This document shows, piece after piece, positions 1 through 14,244 of a DNA stretch of 64,000 nucleotides. Where the stretch lies: NCBI GenBank assembly GCA_050613775.1, contig JBODTK010000110.1, positions 310,001-374,000 on the forward strand, read 5' to 3'. Both the position numbers and the translations under genes were made by a program. A model generated the notes under the pieces. It was not told where the DNA came from. It ran no database searches and saw only the letters and a program-made list of their open reading frames with translations. The stretch comes from Neocallimastix sp. 'constans'. Lineage: Eukaryota. The first letter of the stretch is position 1. Each line of letters opens with the position of its first letter.

Positions 1-192
1 ATATTTATTATTTTAACTTACGTATAAATTTGTATCTTTTACATATTTTTATACACAAAACTTACCAACATTAATAAAGAATGTTGCTTGAATACCATTT
101 TTATTTAGTAATTCAATTAATTCTTCAGTATATTTATATGGACCATCATCAAACTAACATTTTTTTTTATCATAATATTAATATATTTAGAA

Positions 193-227
<35 letters not shown>

Positions 228-485
228 AAAAATTTTTAAATTATATAGTATTTATTGTTATTTTAAAGATCATCAAATATTTACTGTTAAAGCAATTGTC
301 TTATCTACTTCACAGGAGAATATTTTTTTTGCTAAAACTATTTGAGTATATTTATTAATAAGATATCATATTAATTATTAGTATTATTAAAATAACTCTT
401 TATTATTGATATTTATATATTTATTAAAAAATATACCAATTGATGGAATAACAGATAATAAGTAAAAAATATTTAAAAATTTCAT
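1..485 (-). CDS. 5' part of a secreted polysaccharide/chitin deacetylase (CE4, NodB domain); runs off the window start
   Basis: Manual splicing of short minus-strand exons (about 485-437, 337-285, 153-66; GT-AG) gives MKFLNIFYLLSVIPSIVLAKKIFSCEVDKTIALT|FDDGPYKYTEELIELLNKNGIQATFFINV: a signal peptide, CE4 motif 1 TFDDGP and the ATFF motif. Not in the ORF track. Confidence 0.88.
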
Positions 486-1255
486 TATTTTTATTATATA
501 TATTTTTTTATAATAAATATTTTATTTAAATACCAAAATTTTTTAAATTTATTTTTATGGTGTATTTTTATATTTTTCAAATATATATATATATATTTAA
601 AAATAATATTTAAAATAAAGCAAATAAAAATAATAATCTACATATTTAATATTTATATTTTTATTGTATTTAATATATTTTTATATTTTTATTATTTTTT
701 TTTTATTTCGAAAAAAAAAAAAAAAAAAAAAATAAAAATAAAATAAAAATTATATATATATAATAATTTTTAAAGTTCAAATTTAAGTTTTAATAATTAT
801 TTTAATATTTAATTGTGACCGTGACAATAAATGAAATTTTAAAAGAAATTTTGAAATTACAAATTAATAAATATATATTAATATTATAATTTTTAACATT
901 TAAATTTTTAAAATAATCATAAAAAAACAAAAGTTTATTTTTCAACAAATATTACATATATTATTATATATATGATCAAAATGATTATTTGATTATATAT
1001 CTAATTTTTTGAATGTAAATATATGTATTTATCATATATATATATATGTGAAATATATATTTTATTATTTTTAAAGTTTAAAATAACATTTTATTATAAG
1101 GATTCCAATAATGTATATTTCTATTTAAAAAAAGAACCACAATAAATTTAACTTTAAATTTTAGGTGAAAATTCCTTTCATATTTTCAATAAATAAAATA
1201 AACATTATATAAATTTATATCGATAATTTTATATTTCTTATTTATATCAAAAAAT

Positions 1256-1309
<54 letters not shown>

Positions 1310-2213
1310 TGGTTTAATGATATTATTTATTTATTTATTTATTTCAATTCAATTTAATAATCTTAGTATTATAATTGTTAACAAATACAATAAATAAAAA
1401 TAATTTAAACTAAATATTTTTTAAACTCTAATTATAATTTTTATAAATACAATTTTTTGATTAATAAGAATTTTTCTTTATGTCTCTGTATCATTTAATC
1501 TTCTTTATTTCCTTTTTTTTACTTGTTTTTCTTTATTTTATATTTTTTATATTGTTTTTCAATTTTATTATTATATTAATTATTTTTATTGTTAATTAAG
1601 TATAATCAGATATTTACTATAATTAAAAATTAAAGATTTTCAAACATGAGTGGTACAATCAACTTTATAAATATAATCTTGAATAAATGAAGAGCATCAT
1701 ATTTTATGACAATATCTGATGAAATATCTAAATCATTAGCAATTCAAATAAAGCAACTTCAATTACTTATACTACTATTAAATTTCCTCGAAACATCAAT
1801 GCAGTATAACAATTTACTTAAAATAACTAACCATATAAAAAAACAGTTCAAAAATTAAGATTAAAAGAATGAATGTTGACTTTTGTGATACTTATTATAT
1901 AACAGTGAAAACAATTGTTGTTTGACCAGCTAATTATTTAATGAATAAGTTAAAATATTTTTATATTTGAATGAGAAAAATAAATAGAATTGTATAATAA
2001 TATATCTAAGATAAAATATAATCATTAAATTAAGGTACAAAAGAAGAAGAAGAAAAAAAAAAAAAAAGATTAAAATTAATCTTATTTTTTTAATCATATT
2101 AATTTAGAGTAAAAATATTTTTTCTAGTAAATGTTTTTTTACTAATAAAATTTATACTTTAAAACAAATTTCAACAGGATTAACTAACGGATGGCAAATA
2201 AATATTGAAATGC

Positions 2214-2276
<63 letters not shown>

Positions 2277-3778
2277 TTTAAATTATTTGTACTGAAAAAA
2301 TATGTATCACGGTCACATGGAGTAACATTTAAAACTTTTTAATTTCATCAGTAAAATTAAAATGTAATAATCCATCATAAATTTATTAAAAATTTAATTT
2401 CAAATTTTTTTAAAATATTAATACATGCAAAAACATTCTACTTTTGTTATATTTTAACATATTCTGCATATATATATATACACAAACTTACAATATATTT
2501 ATAGCATTATAAAGCTAAAGATACGGAGTATGTTAAATGTGAGAAAGATCATATTTGACATGGGTCGGCAACACCCACTTAGTTTATAGAATAGTTATTT
2601 GAAATTTATTATTATTTTTGTTATTGTTGCTGTTGTTTATAATCAGGATTTCATTTAATTTCTTTTATTTATTAAACATGAACCTCAAATTAAAAAAAAT
2701 AATAATAATAAAAAAACAAAATATAAACTATTCAAAAAATTTTAATATTTAAAATTAAAACTCTATTCACATCATTGATAATTGAATTAATAACTTTATT
2801 CTGTTCAGTGAATTGATTGTATTAATTTTTTTTTTTAGAAAGAAATATATGAATATGAATATATTTATTATTATTTTAATTAATATATATATATTAAAAA
2901 TTCCTCATTAACAAGATAATATAAGAAAAGAATGGTTTTTGAGAATTCCATAATTTTTGAAAAATAGGAATTAAAAAAGTTGTTTTACTTTAACTTGTTT
3001 TAATAAAATCATTATATCTCTTCTTGAATATTTTACGTTTATTATGGAATGAGATTTCGTAAATTTGTTTAAGAAAAAATAAATTTTAAAAATAAATAAA
3101 TAGAAAATTTTAAAAAACTTTTTTGATGTAATTTATTATTTGATTCCATATAAAAAAATTAATACTTTCTACTTATTAAATTTAATTTATATTAAATACA
3201 AATAAGATTTTCATTATTAATTTTAAATAATTAATGTTTTTTAATCATCAAACTTCAGAAGTTGTTTTTCTTCTTTTTTTTATTAAATTTAATGACATTA
3301 TAATTGTACATTTTTTTTTATTAAAAAAAATAGATTAAAAAAATAATAATAAAATAAAATAAAATAAAAAATAAAAAATAAAATAAAATAAAATAGAAAA
3401 ATAGCCAATTAATTCCTAGATTTAATATATAAAAAAAAAAGATTAAATTATATTATAAAAAAATTTAAAAAAAATATAATTAAATAAGTCTATCCTTTTT
3501 TAATAATAAAAAATTGAAAATTAAAAAAGATATATATATATTTTGTTGTTGTATTAACATTCATATGAACATATCTCCGAATTTACATATATATATATAT
3601 ATATATTTTTTTTTATTACATATAAATTTAGATATTTAAGAAGTGCTATCAATACTTTTATATAATTAATAAAAAATATAATTTATTTTAATAAAATTAG
3701 ACTTTATAACTTATATACTTTTTATATGTAAAAAATATATCATATAAATAATAATGATAATTGAAATATATTAATATT

Positions 3779-6700
3779 ATGGATACTAGAAAAGATATAT
3801 TTAATTCAATCTTAGAATATTTCACAGAAGGTTCACCATTTTACCTAATAACTGAAATCATACACAATTCATTCATCATATTTTTCATTTCATCAGTAAT
3901 TGGTCTTATTACCATATACAGGTCAATATTACTTTTTAAGATCAACTATAATTTTTTTTTCCTTTTTTTTTTTTTTTTTTTTTTTTAATGAATTATTAGT
4001 ATAAATAATTAAAATAAAATATATTATATAGAAATATAATTAATAAAAAAAAGAAATTTATATATAAACATAATGAATAAGAATTTTTATTTTTTATTAT
4101 TTTTTCCGTATAATTAATTTATAATTTTATTCTAAATATATTAGAATATATGATATTATAATTGAATTATTACCAGTAAAAGTTACATGTTTCTATTGTA
4201 ATAATGAATCTGAACTTACGAAACCACCAAAAAAACAACGAGTTAAAGAAAAATGGATAAATGGTAAACCAAGATGTTGGTGGTGTAGAAGATGTGGTAT
4301 GTATTATATATAAATATTTTTTTTTAATATTAATCATTTGATATTAATTTTTCTTTTTACATGTGCTTTATATAAATATTTTAATAAAAAGATAATTGGA
4401 ATATAATAAATGAAGTAAGTTAATTTAAATAAATAAATTTTCAATTTTTTGTATATTCAACTAATTATATAATATATTAAATTTTGAAATGTAAGAATGG
4501 AGAAATTCAAGACATATCCGAAATGGAAAATATAGAAAATAACGTAAATCAAAACAATACAAAATACTGTGATAATGAAGGTTTCCATAGCTTATATATT
4601 TTAAATTGTATTTTGAGTAAATTTACTTTTTATTAACTAATAATTATAATTATAATAATCTTTAATTAATTTAAAGAAAAATTTCCAATCAATGATTACT
4701 TTTGTGACACATGTAAAATGCATCAGGAATACATTAGACAAAGACTAGCTGATTATTTACCAGATGAAGATGTAATAAAAAATAAAATATTTAAATAATA
4801 TTATTTTGTTTTAATTTTATTTATTAAATATACAAAATATTTTATGATAAAACACTATAATGAAGGATCCTGACTATGAAAGGTATTTGAATAATTTACC
4901 ACAATTCAAAACTCATTTAGAGAACAAATATCCAATTGTATGTGAAAATTGTCAAAAAAGGGTTAAACAAGAGCTTGATGAAAATCAATATAAATATCGT
5001 GATTTAAAACTTTTACTTGAAAATCGAAAAAAAAATATATCCTATTACAAAAATATAGAAGGCTCATTCATTCAAGTTTCACTTTTTGAAAAAACTTTTT
5101 CATCTTTAAAAAAATATTTAAAAATTACAGTAGTAATAATTGTTAATTCTTTATGTTTTATATTAGGTTTAATGGGCATTTACTGGTTATCAATTTTATT
5201 GTTAAAATGTAATTATAAATCTTCAATATCATAACTTTATTATATATATTAATATATTAACTTTTTTATTATTACTAATAATATTATTATTAATAATATT
5301 ATTATTATAATTATTGTTGTTATTATAATTATTATTATAATTATATTAATAATATTTATTATTATATTATAATAAATTATTCATATATAACTTAATTTTT
5401 TTTAAAGGCTTTTTAGAACCAGAAGTATATGGAAAAGAAATGATATCAATTACAAGAGTATTTAAAAAATTAATTAATATAATTAATCATTCAGGATTAT
5501 CATGTTTAAATTTAAATCGAGAATTTATTATCAGATTATTAAAAAAAGCAATCGGTATTAAAATGAGTTGTTCAAAACTCTGGAAGGAAAATAAGGTGTA
5601 TTCAGAAGATGATAATAATTTAATAGAGGAATATTTGAACACTAAAAACAATGAAATATTATTTGATTGCCCAAGAGAATTATGGAATAATTGGTTTTTA
5701 ATATGTACCTATATATCATGTCTCTTTGTATTTTTAAGTTTCATTGAATATTTAAAATATGAAATTATGATAAAGCCAATATTTAAAAAAACTACAAATA
5801 AAGCTATCATATGGCCAGTATCTTCATTTTTTATTATGAATACTACCTATTGTTTATGGTATTACACATCATCCAATATAAAATTTTTTAAATTTTCAAG
5901 TTTAGTATTACTTTTTATCTTTTTAAAGGTAATATATGAAAATAGTGAATTTAATGGAATATATATTTATATTTATTCAATATATTAATAATTCTTATTT
6001 ATTTATTTATTAGTTAATATACTCTTATTTTCATTATTAATTATTAAATATATATATATATATTTAATAAAAAAAAAAAAAATTAATAATATATAATAAA
6101 TTAAAATTAAATAAAAATGATATATATTTATATATTTTTTAATATAAAAATTATAAAATATATATATATTTTGTGTAGGTTATTTGGGATTTTTCTCTAA
6201 GTACATATACATTTATTAGTTCAACACTTCAAAAACCTTCACCGGTAATTGAATTAAAAAGAACGCACTCATCTCTTCCAGGAGTTGTAAGAAATTATGA
6301 TATATTTTCAAATAATAATAAAGTTCTATTTAACAGTAATGAAAGTGATATATTATCAAATGAAAATGAAAGCAAAAATAAAGATTTAGGTAAAAAATAT
6401 TCTAAATTACAAAATAATGAGGATGAAAATACAGAAAGTTTTAATGAAGAATTTTCTACTTTATTAGAAAAACAATTTAGAAGGCAATTTTCTTTATCAA
6501 GTCCTATTAATCATAAATACAGAGAAAAACAAACTAAAAAAGCAAATAAAAATTTATTTAGCTTTTCAATTAAAAGTCCAACAATTAATAATAGTTTTGA
6601 TGATGAACTTGATGAATTTGATAGTGACCACGATACAATACTAAACGATTCATTTGATTTAAATGATAGTAGTATTTTTTATAATGATAATGAGGTTAAT

Positions 6701-7077
6701 AATAGAATTGATGATAGTCCCACCAAAAAGAAATCAGACCATGATAATATGTATATAAAAAAACCTGTAATAGGTTTACCAAATTATACTTATTTAAATA
6801 CTAAAAATAAAATGGGATTCTTTAATCAATATAATAATAATTTAAACTTTAATAATTTAAATAAGAAAAATGGAAGTTTATTATGGAATAAAAATGAAGT
6901 TAATAATGAAAATAATGATACTAATATGGACACTGATAAAAGTAAATTAAAAAAAAATCATAATAAAAGAAATATATGTATTTTTATTATGATAATATTT
7001 ATATAAAATTAAAAAAATATTAAAAATATATTTTATTATAATTTTTAATATTATAATATAAATATATATATATGTTT

Positions 7078-7113
<36 letters not shown>

Positions 7114-8928
7114 TTTTAATTATTTTTTATTATAAATATAAAAAATTTAATTATTTAGATTTATCTAATTTAAATGAATATAGGAATAATGATCAACAAA
7201 TTCTTTTTGAGGATGATATAAGTAAATCAAATTCAAATGTATTTGGAAATTTAGAAAAGGAAAAATTATCAAAACAAACAAGGTTAACTTCTTATATATC
7301 CAATCATAAAATTCATGATATTAATAATGAATTATTCTATGATAGTGACAATGACAATGAAATCACTAAAAATATTAATCGATCGGATTTATCGGATGAA
7401 GTTACTAAAATAATTCAAAAATCTCAAAAATTTTTTTTACCCGAGGTAATAATTAATATTTAAATAATTAAATTATAGTTTTTGATTTTATTTATTTATT
7501 TATTTATTCATTTATTTATTTATTTTGTAATGAATATTTAAATGAATTTTTAAAACAATATTAATACTTGTAATAATAATAATATTAATATTACTATTTA
7601 TTTATTTATTTATTTATTAATTTAAAACCATTTTAAAATAAATCAATAAAGGAATCCACTGGTTTGGAGGATATTCTCTCAGCAGTAAAAGTCAGTTCTC
7701 CCAAAAAATCATGGAAACATTTAATTAGTAATAAAATCATTGATAATAAAAATAATAATTTTATTAATGAAAAAAACAATCTTTTCTATCAAATGGAAAA
7801 GAATAAAGATGTATATGATGAACAATATAAACAAATAATTCATTTAATTAAATCAGGAAGTTATATACTATTAATTAATAATCTTATAATAAATACGGTT
7901 TTATTATTTATAAAATTTATATCTGATCCATTCATTGAAAAATCAATTAAAAATTTAATTTACTTTACTTTTCATAATCATTATTATCTAAATATAAAAA
8001 GCCCAAGTGACATAATAATTCAACTATTAAAATTAATAACATTTTCATATGCCTCATATTTATTAATAAAATCCTTATGGAAATTTTCGAAATTTGAACA
8101 AATACTTCATCTCGAAAAAAGATATTGGATGAGAAAATATGAACAGAAATTAAAAAATAAAACGTTTGGTGCTGCATTACAATATACAAATTATAAATTA
8201 AATATAGAATCTAATTCATCTTTATTATATAATAAATATAAGCCAAAAATAAGAGTAAGTTGATATTTTTTAATCATTTTTTAATTATTATTATAATTAA
8301 TAAATAAACATTAAAATAAATAAATAAATAAAGACTGATTTAATAAATAAATTATCATTAAATAATATATATATAAAAAAAAATTATTAATTAAAAACTT
8401 TATTATATTTATTAAAATTTTGAATCAAATATCTTAAATTTTAAACTTTTTTATGTTGAAAATTATATTTATTATTTTTATTACATTTTTATTAAAAAAT
8501 ACTAATTAATTTAATATAATATGAAAATTAACATGAAAAATCTTTATTTTTTTTTTATTTTACACATTAAATATTTATATTAAATTTAGAATAAAATTCG
8601 AAATTTATTATTTTTATTATCCATTAATAATGGTGTTTCACTATTATTTGTACAACCGATTTTGATCATTAATATGTTAAATTATTTACTTAATTTATCA
8701 AATTCAAATTTAAAAAATTTAAATATAGTAAACAAAATTTTATTTTATATTCGTCATATCAATATAAATATTTACAATTATTTAGCCATTAAGGAAATAA
8801 ATATATATGAATTCATACAGAAATTAAATATAATATATATTGTAACTCTTCAATTTCTACCAGTAATTCTATGTATTTTATTAATATTCACTATAAATAG
8901 ATGGGTAAAATTAGTTAAAAGTCACTAG
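3779..8928 (+). CDS. Ima1/TMEM201(Samp1)-like integral inner nuclear membrane protein, multi-exon
   Basis: Spliced exons give four CxxC pairs (VTCFYCN, WWCRRC, FCDTCKMHQ, VCENCQKRV) and LADYLPDED|DPDYERY...LENKYPIVC, typical of the Ima1 N-terminal domain. These are followed by TM segments, a low-complexity middle region and C-terminal TM segments. Last exon 8590-8928 is in frame; internal exon boundaries are approximate. Confidence 0.8.
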
Positions 8929-9331
8929 AAAAAAAATTAAAAAATATATATATATATATATTTTTTTTATTATATAATTCTTTTATTATTATTAAAATAA
9001 ATAAATATATTTATTATTACTATTTATAATTATATATTATACATGTTATACACATTCAATTTACTATTCTATTAATAAATAATATATTGTCATGTTTTTT
9101 TTTTTTTTTTTTTTATAATTAATAATATTATAAATTTTTTAAAAAGTTTTAAAAAAATATTTTAAAAATTAAATGGATAAAATATATAATTATTTAATAA
9201 ATTTAATAAAATAAATGTAATAACAAAAAAATCAAAAAAAAAAAAAAAAAAAAAATCTAATTAAATAGATACTTTAAATGATTTAAAATCATAAATATTA
9301 TTATATTTTATTTTATTTAATAAAGTTTTAT

Positions 9332-9589
9332 AAATAAAATTAATAATTATATAGTTGTTTTTTTTTTTTTTTTTTTTTTATAATTATTAATTTAATATTA
9401 TAAGAATTTTATTTATAGTAAAAATATATATATATTATAATCTATATTTATAGAAGCAAAAATAAAATTAATAATTATATAGTTGTTTTTTTTTTTTTTT
9501 TTTTTTTATAATTATTAATTTAATATTATAAGAATTTTATTTATAGTAAAAATATATATATATTATAATCTATATTTATAGAAGCAAAA
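9332..9589. repeat. Direct tandem duplication of about 127 bp
   Basis: aaataaaattaataattatatagttg(T)n...tctatatttatagaagcaaaa occurs twice head to tail. Confidence 0.85.
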
Positions 9590-10050
9590 TTTTAATTAAA
9601 TTAATATAATTAAATAATATTAAAAAATAAAAAATATATATACCTACATATATATTAATATAAATATTTAAATATCTTTTTTTGGAATTTATTTTCCTTT
9701 TTTTTACTTTCGAAATTGAAGAAATTTAATAATTATAATATTATATTGAAATATAATAGAAGTGATAAAAAAAAAAAAAACCGAAATAGTTGAAAAAGGA
9801 ATATAAAATATAGAAATTAACAATTAAAAATTACATTTAAGAAATTTAATAAAATTTTCTTTTATTATAAAAATTTATCAATTAAAATTTTTTATTTAAT
9901 ATCATAAAATAATAAAAAATATAATATTTATATAGATATATATATAAAGAAAAAAGACGAAATTCCAAAAGAGAAAGTTTTAATTCAAATTAGATAATAA
10001 AGGAAATTTTTATAAAAATTATTTAAAAAAATTTTAATATCATAATACAA

Positions 10051-10590
10051 ATGGTACAAAAATCAATATTAAGTAAGGAATCATTTTCCTTTCCTGAAGG
10101 GATTACAGAAACTGTTGATAAAAAATCGATGGCTGAAGAAACTTCAAAGAAGAGACTTTTTGAAAATATATTCAAAACAAGTGGAAATCTTGTTTACTCA
10201 AAAAGTTTAAATTGTTTACCAGATGTTCAAAAAAATAATACTGAAAATAATGGTAATAATAATGATAATGTTTCAATAAAAGGACTTGGAAGAAAATACA
10301 AAAGTTTAAATGAATTATACTTTTTAAATAAGCAAATTAACAAATTTACCTTTCAAATTGAACTTAATAAAAATAGAGCTAATTCCACTAGTAAAATTGA
10401 TAAATGTGTCAGATTTAATGACGATATTATCATTAATGAGTTAAATGATGAATATGATAGAAAACCAATGCCTTTGGCAAAGATGTATTACAAAGATCAA
10501 GTAGAATTATATCAATTACGTGAACAAATGAAACAAATTCAATATAGAATAATTAATAATATTAAAGGGAATGTTTTACTAGATGAATAG
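10051..10590 (+). CDS. 179-aa protein with a C-terminal Phactr/Bni4-like PP1-binding segment
   Basis: Single-exon ORF. C-terminal KCVRFNDDIIINELNDEYDRKPMPLAKMYYKDQVELYQLREQM has an RVxF-type motif followed by the (D/E)YDR motif and a helix, as in Phactr and Bni4 C-termini. Confidence 0.6.
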   Translation: MVQKSILSKESFSFPEGITETVDKKSMAEETSKKRLFENIFKTSGNLVYSKSLNCLPDVQKNNTENNGNNNDNVSIKGLGRKYKSLNELYFLNKQINKFTFQIELNKNRANSTSKIDKCVRFNDDIIINELNDEYDRKPMPLAKMYYKDQVELYQLREQMKQIQYRIINNIKGNVLLDE

Positions 10591-11465
10591 AAAAATATTA
10601 GTATGAAGATTATATAATAAATTAAATAATTTTTTATTATTTTTTTTCATTAATCTTTTTCAAAATAATATTTTATTATTAATATATTTCAAAATAATAT
10701 TATATTATATTAATATATTATCAAAAGATTATTATGAACAAATTATTAATAACAATGGAATAGTATTTATTTTTATGTTTCAGAAACTTTCAATACTACA
10801 TTATCACTTCTTAAACTATTTTTTTACTTCATTTTTATTTTCTATCTCACCTAATTTTTGATCCATTGAAATACTTAAATGTTTAATAAAATCTATATTC
10901 ATAATATTTTCGTACTTATTATAAATAGTATATAAAGATAGTTTAAACAATATTTATGAATATTCTTTATTTTAAAAAAATTATATACATATAACAAGGT
11001 AATAGATGATGATATTTTAAAAAAAATATATATATATATGTAACTAAGTTAATAGATAAAAATAAAATGAAGATTTTTTTTATTAAATCAAAGAAAATAT
11101 ATATTAAACATATAACAATGAGATCAAAGATAATACTATCCTTGTTATTAATAGTTTACCTCTATATTAATATCGTTTTTGATATTATCATTATCAGAAC
11201 TCCTTCTTATTTATATATATATAAATAATATAATATTATGTGTATATATACAATAAGAATATCTTCTTGTTCGTATAGAAATGAAAAGAAAATACCCATA
11301 TTACCAAGTAAATCTCAATTTAAAAATTTTAAAAAGAAGATTTTAATGGTTTATTATTACCAATCTTAATCTCACTATACAATTACAAAAAGATAAAAAT
11401 ATAATTCTTAAACATAATTAATAATAAATATTTATTAAAATATCATAACGATTAATAATTTAATA

Positions 11466-11506
<41 letters not shown>

Positions 11507-12583
11507 ACAATATTCAAAGATATTATAAATTTTAATAATAATAAAGTAAATTAATATTAATTTACTTAAAATTTATTAAAATTAAATTATTATATATAAT
11601 AATAATTTAATTTATTTTAGATTTAAACTCGATTTATTTGAATCGAATTTAAATCATTGAAATATAAAGAATAATACTCAATTAATAAATTTCGGATTAA
11701 TTAAAAATCCAAAATATGAAAAGAAAAATGTGTGACTATTAAAAAAGTAGAAGTAATTTAAAGAAATTTTGGCTTTTGTTAATAATTGTTTTTTAATTTG
11801 TTAATAATTTTGAAATGCAAGTAATATTCATAATAATATTGAATATACAACTTTAAAAAAAAAAAAAAAAAAAAAAAAAAGGATAAAAAGAACTCGTGAA
11901 AATTTTGTATAAAAAAAGCTGTCATGCAATAATATAATTAATTTTTGAAAATTACGAAATTAATATTCAATGAAAATAAAATAATCAATATTAATTATAT
12001 ACATTTTTTAACGTTGTTTTAAATTTATTTTTATTGGCATTAGTTTATTTGTATTAAAGTTGATTGATTATTTTTATTGATTATTTTTTTTTTTTTAATT
12101 TTGTTCTATATTTTTATATCTTTTTCATGGTAATAATTTGTTTAGATTTTTTTTTTTTTTTTTTTATAATAAAAAATCTTTACAAATATTACTTAATTCA
12201 TTTTAAATTATATATATTCATTCATTTATTAATTTAAATGTATTTTGATTATAAATTATTTAATATTTTCTAATGATTACATGAATTTTCTTTAATATTT
12301 TGTATCATATTTTATATTTTGAAAATATATTTTGTATCATATTTTATATTTTGAAAATATAAGTTTAACTTTTTATATTTAATCAAATCTTTTTTTGTAT
12401 ATTTTCTTTAACTAACTTATTGTTATAAACGTTTTATTATTTTTTAAATAAGATTTCATACATCTTATAACTTTTTTATTAAACAACATGACATTTTCAT
12501 ATGCTTGGATTCTTTACTCATCTAACGAATTAATATTAAATAACCACTTTTCACAGGTAAACTTATGAACGTTATCTAACTGC

Positions 12584-12614
<31 letters not shown>

Positions 12615-13374
12615 TCTTTAACATCAACACATTTCAATTTCTATCTATTATCATTTAGTAGTAGCCATGCCGCATTGCTCTAAGAACTTGATTCCACCTT
12701 ATACTGAAATTTTTCTATAAATTCCTGTGTTTTTTTTAATTCATAAATATATAAATTCTAATAAATATTTTTTTTTATCATTTATATATGCATGTAATAA
12801 TATTATAATACAATGATGTAGTATATTTATATTTTTTATAAAAAAAAAAAAAAAAATACAATAAAGAGAATAAAAAAAATATTTTTATTACTATATTTAT
12901 ATATGTGTATCTTGTTTAGTATATAAAAATTCTTTGGTAATTATTATTATTATTATTATTATTATATTTTAAAAAAGTTAAAAATATAGAATTCATTTAT
13001 ATAAATTACCGTATAAATTATTAATAATTATTAAAATAATAAATAATATTAAATGTAAGTTCAAATTTCAAATGAATATTATTATTTTTATTTTATATTT
13101 TAAAATTTATTTTTTATATATCTACGGTCATTTTTTAATTATAATAAATTGTAATATAATAATAATATATTTATTAATATAATAAATTTTATGATTAATA
13201 ATTTTATATTCAATTATTCTATTATATATTAATATATTAGATTTATTATAAATAAATGATAAAATATATTCTATAATTGATATAATAAACTTTTTTTTTT
13301 TCCATTTTTATAAACAATTTATTTTTTTTTCCATAAATGAACTTATAGTATATAATTTAATTTATTTTTAATTT

Positions 13375-13412
<38 letters not shown>

Positions 13413-14244
13413 GAAAATTTATATATTAATCTTTAAATGTATTTATAAATTTATTTTTGTAAACAAGAGCCTTGTCAGTTTATATACAATTTTTACTTAT
13501 TTCATAAAAGAGTGAGATAAATTTGTTTTATAAAATAATAAAATAATTAATAAATTGTATTGAAAAAGTAATTCAGTCAACTATTTGAAAAGTTTATTTT
13601 TTAAATAAAAAAAAAACACTCTTAAAAAAAAAAAAAAAAAAAAAAAAGAAATATTTATTTTTTTGTAATTAATAAGATAAATAAGATTCCGCAATTTCAT
13701 TTTGGATATTGTTTATAATAATTAAAATTTTATTTCATATTAAGTAAGTAAGATTTATAAAAAACAATAAAAGAAATATATAATTATAAACATAATAATT
13801 TTATTAATTTAATTTTTTTTGTTATTATAAATGGGTCGTAATAAAAGCGAATATTATTAAGTTATTTATTATAGAAGTAATATACAATTTATTTTTAGAT
13901 ATAAATAACAATTGATTTTTTTTTTTTAAAAATTTTTTTATCTTATTTTTTGAACTTATTTTCATTTCATAGTAGATACATTAAAAATACTTATCTATAT
14001 TTATCTATATTTATATTTATATTTTTATATATATTTATTTAAAAGACTTTACAGTCAATTAATCTTAAAAAAAAAAAAGCACAATTTATCTTTATTTTAT
14101 TTATATATGTAATAGTTAAAAAAATATAAATATACTTACATAAAATAATATATCAAAAAAATAATAATTGTATATGTATAATAAAAAAGAAAATTACCAC
14201 TTTTTAAAATCAATAATAAATAATAATATTAAAATACATTGAAA

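Noticed and set aside
11118..11420. Possible small secreted-protein gene (MRSKIILSLLLIV...)
   Set aside because: There is a stop after about 36 codons and I could not construct a convincing splice path.
12485..12730. Higher-complexity patch, possible exon or relic
   Set aside because: The frames I translated contain stops, the patch is interrupted by poly-A, and there is no recognisable motif.
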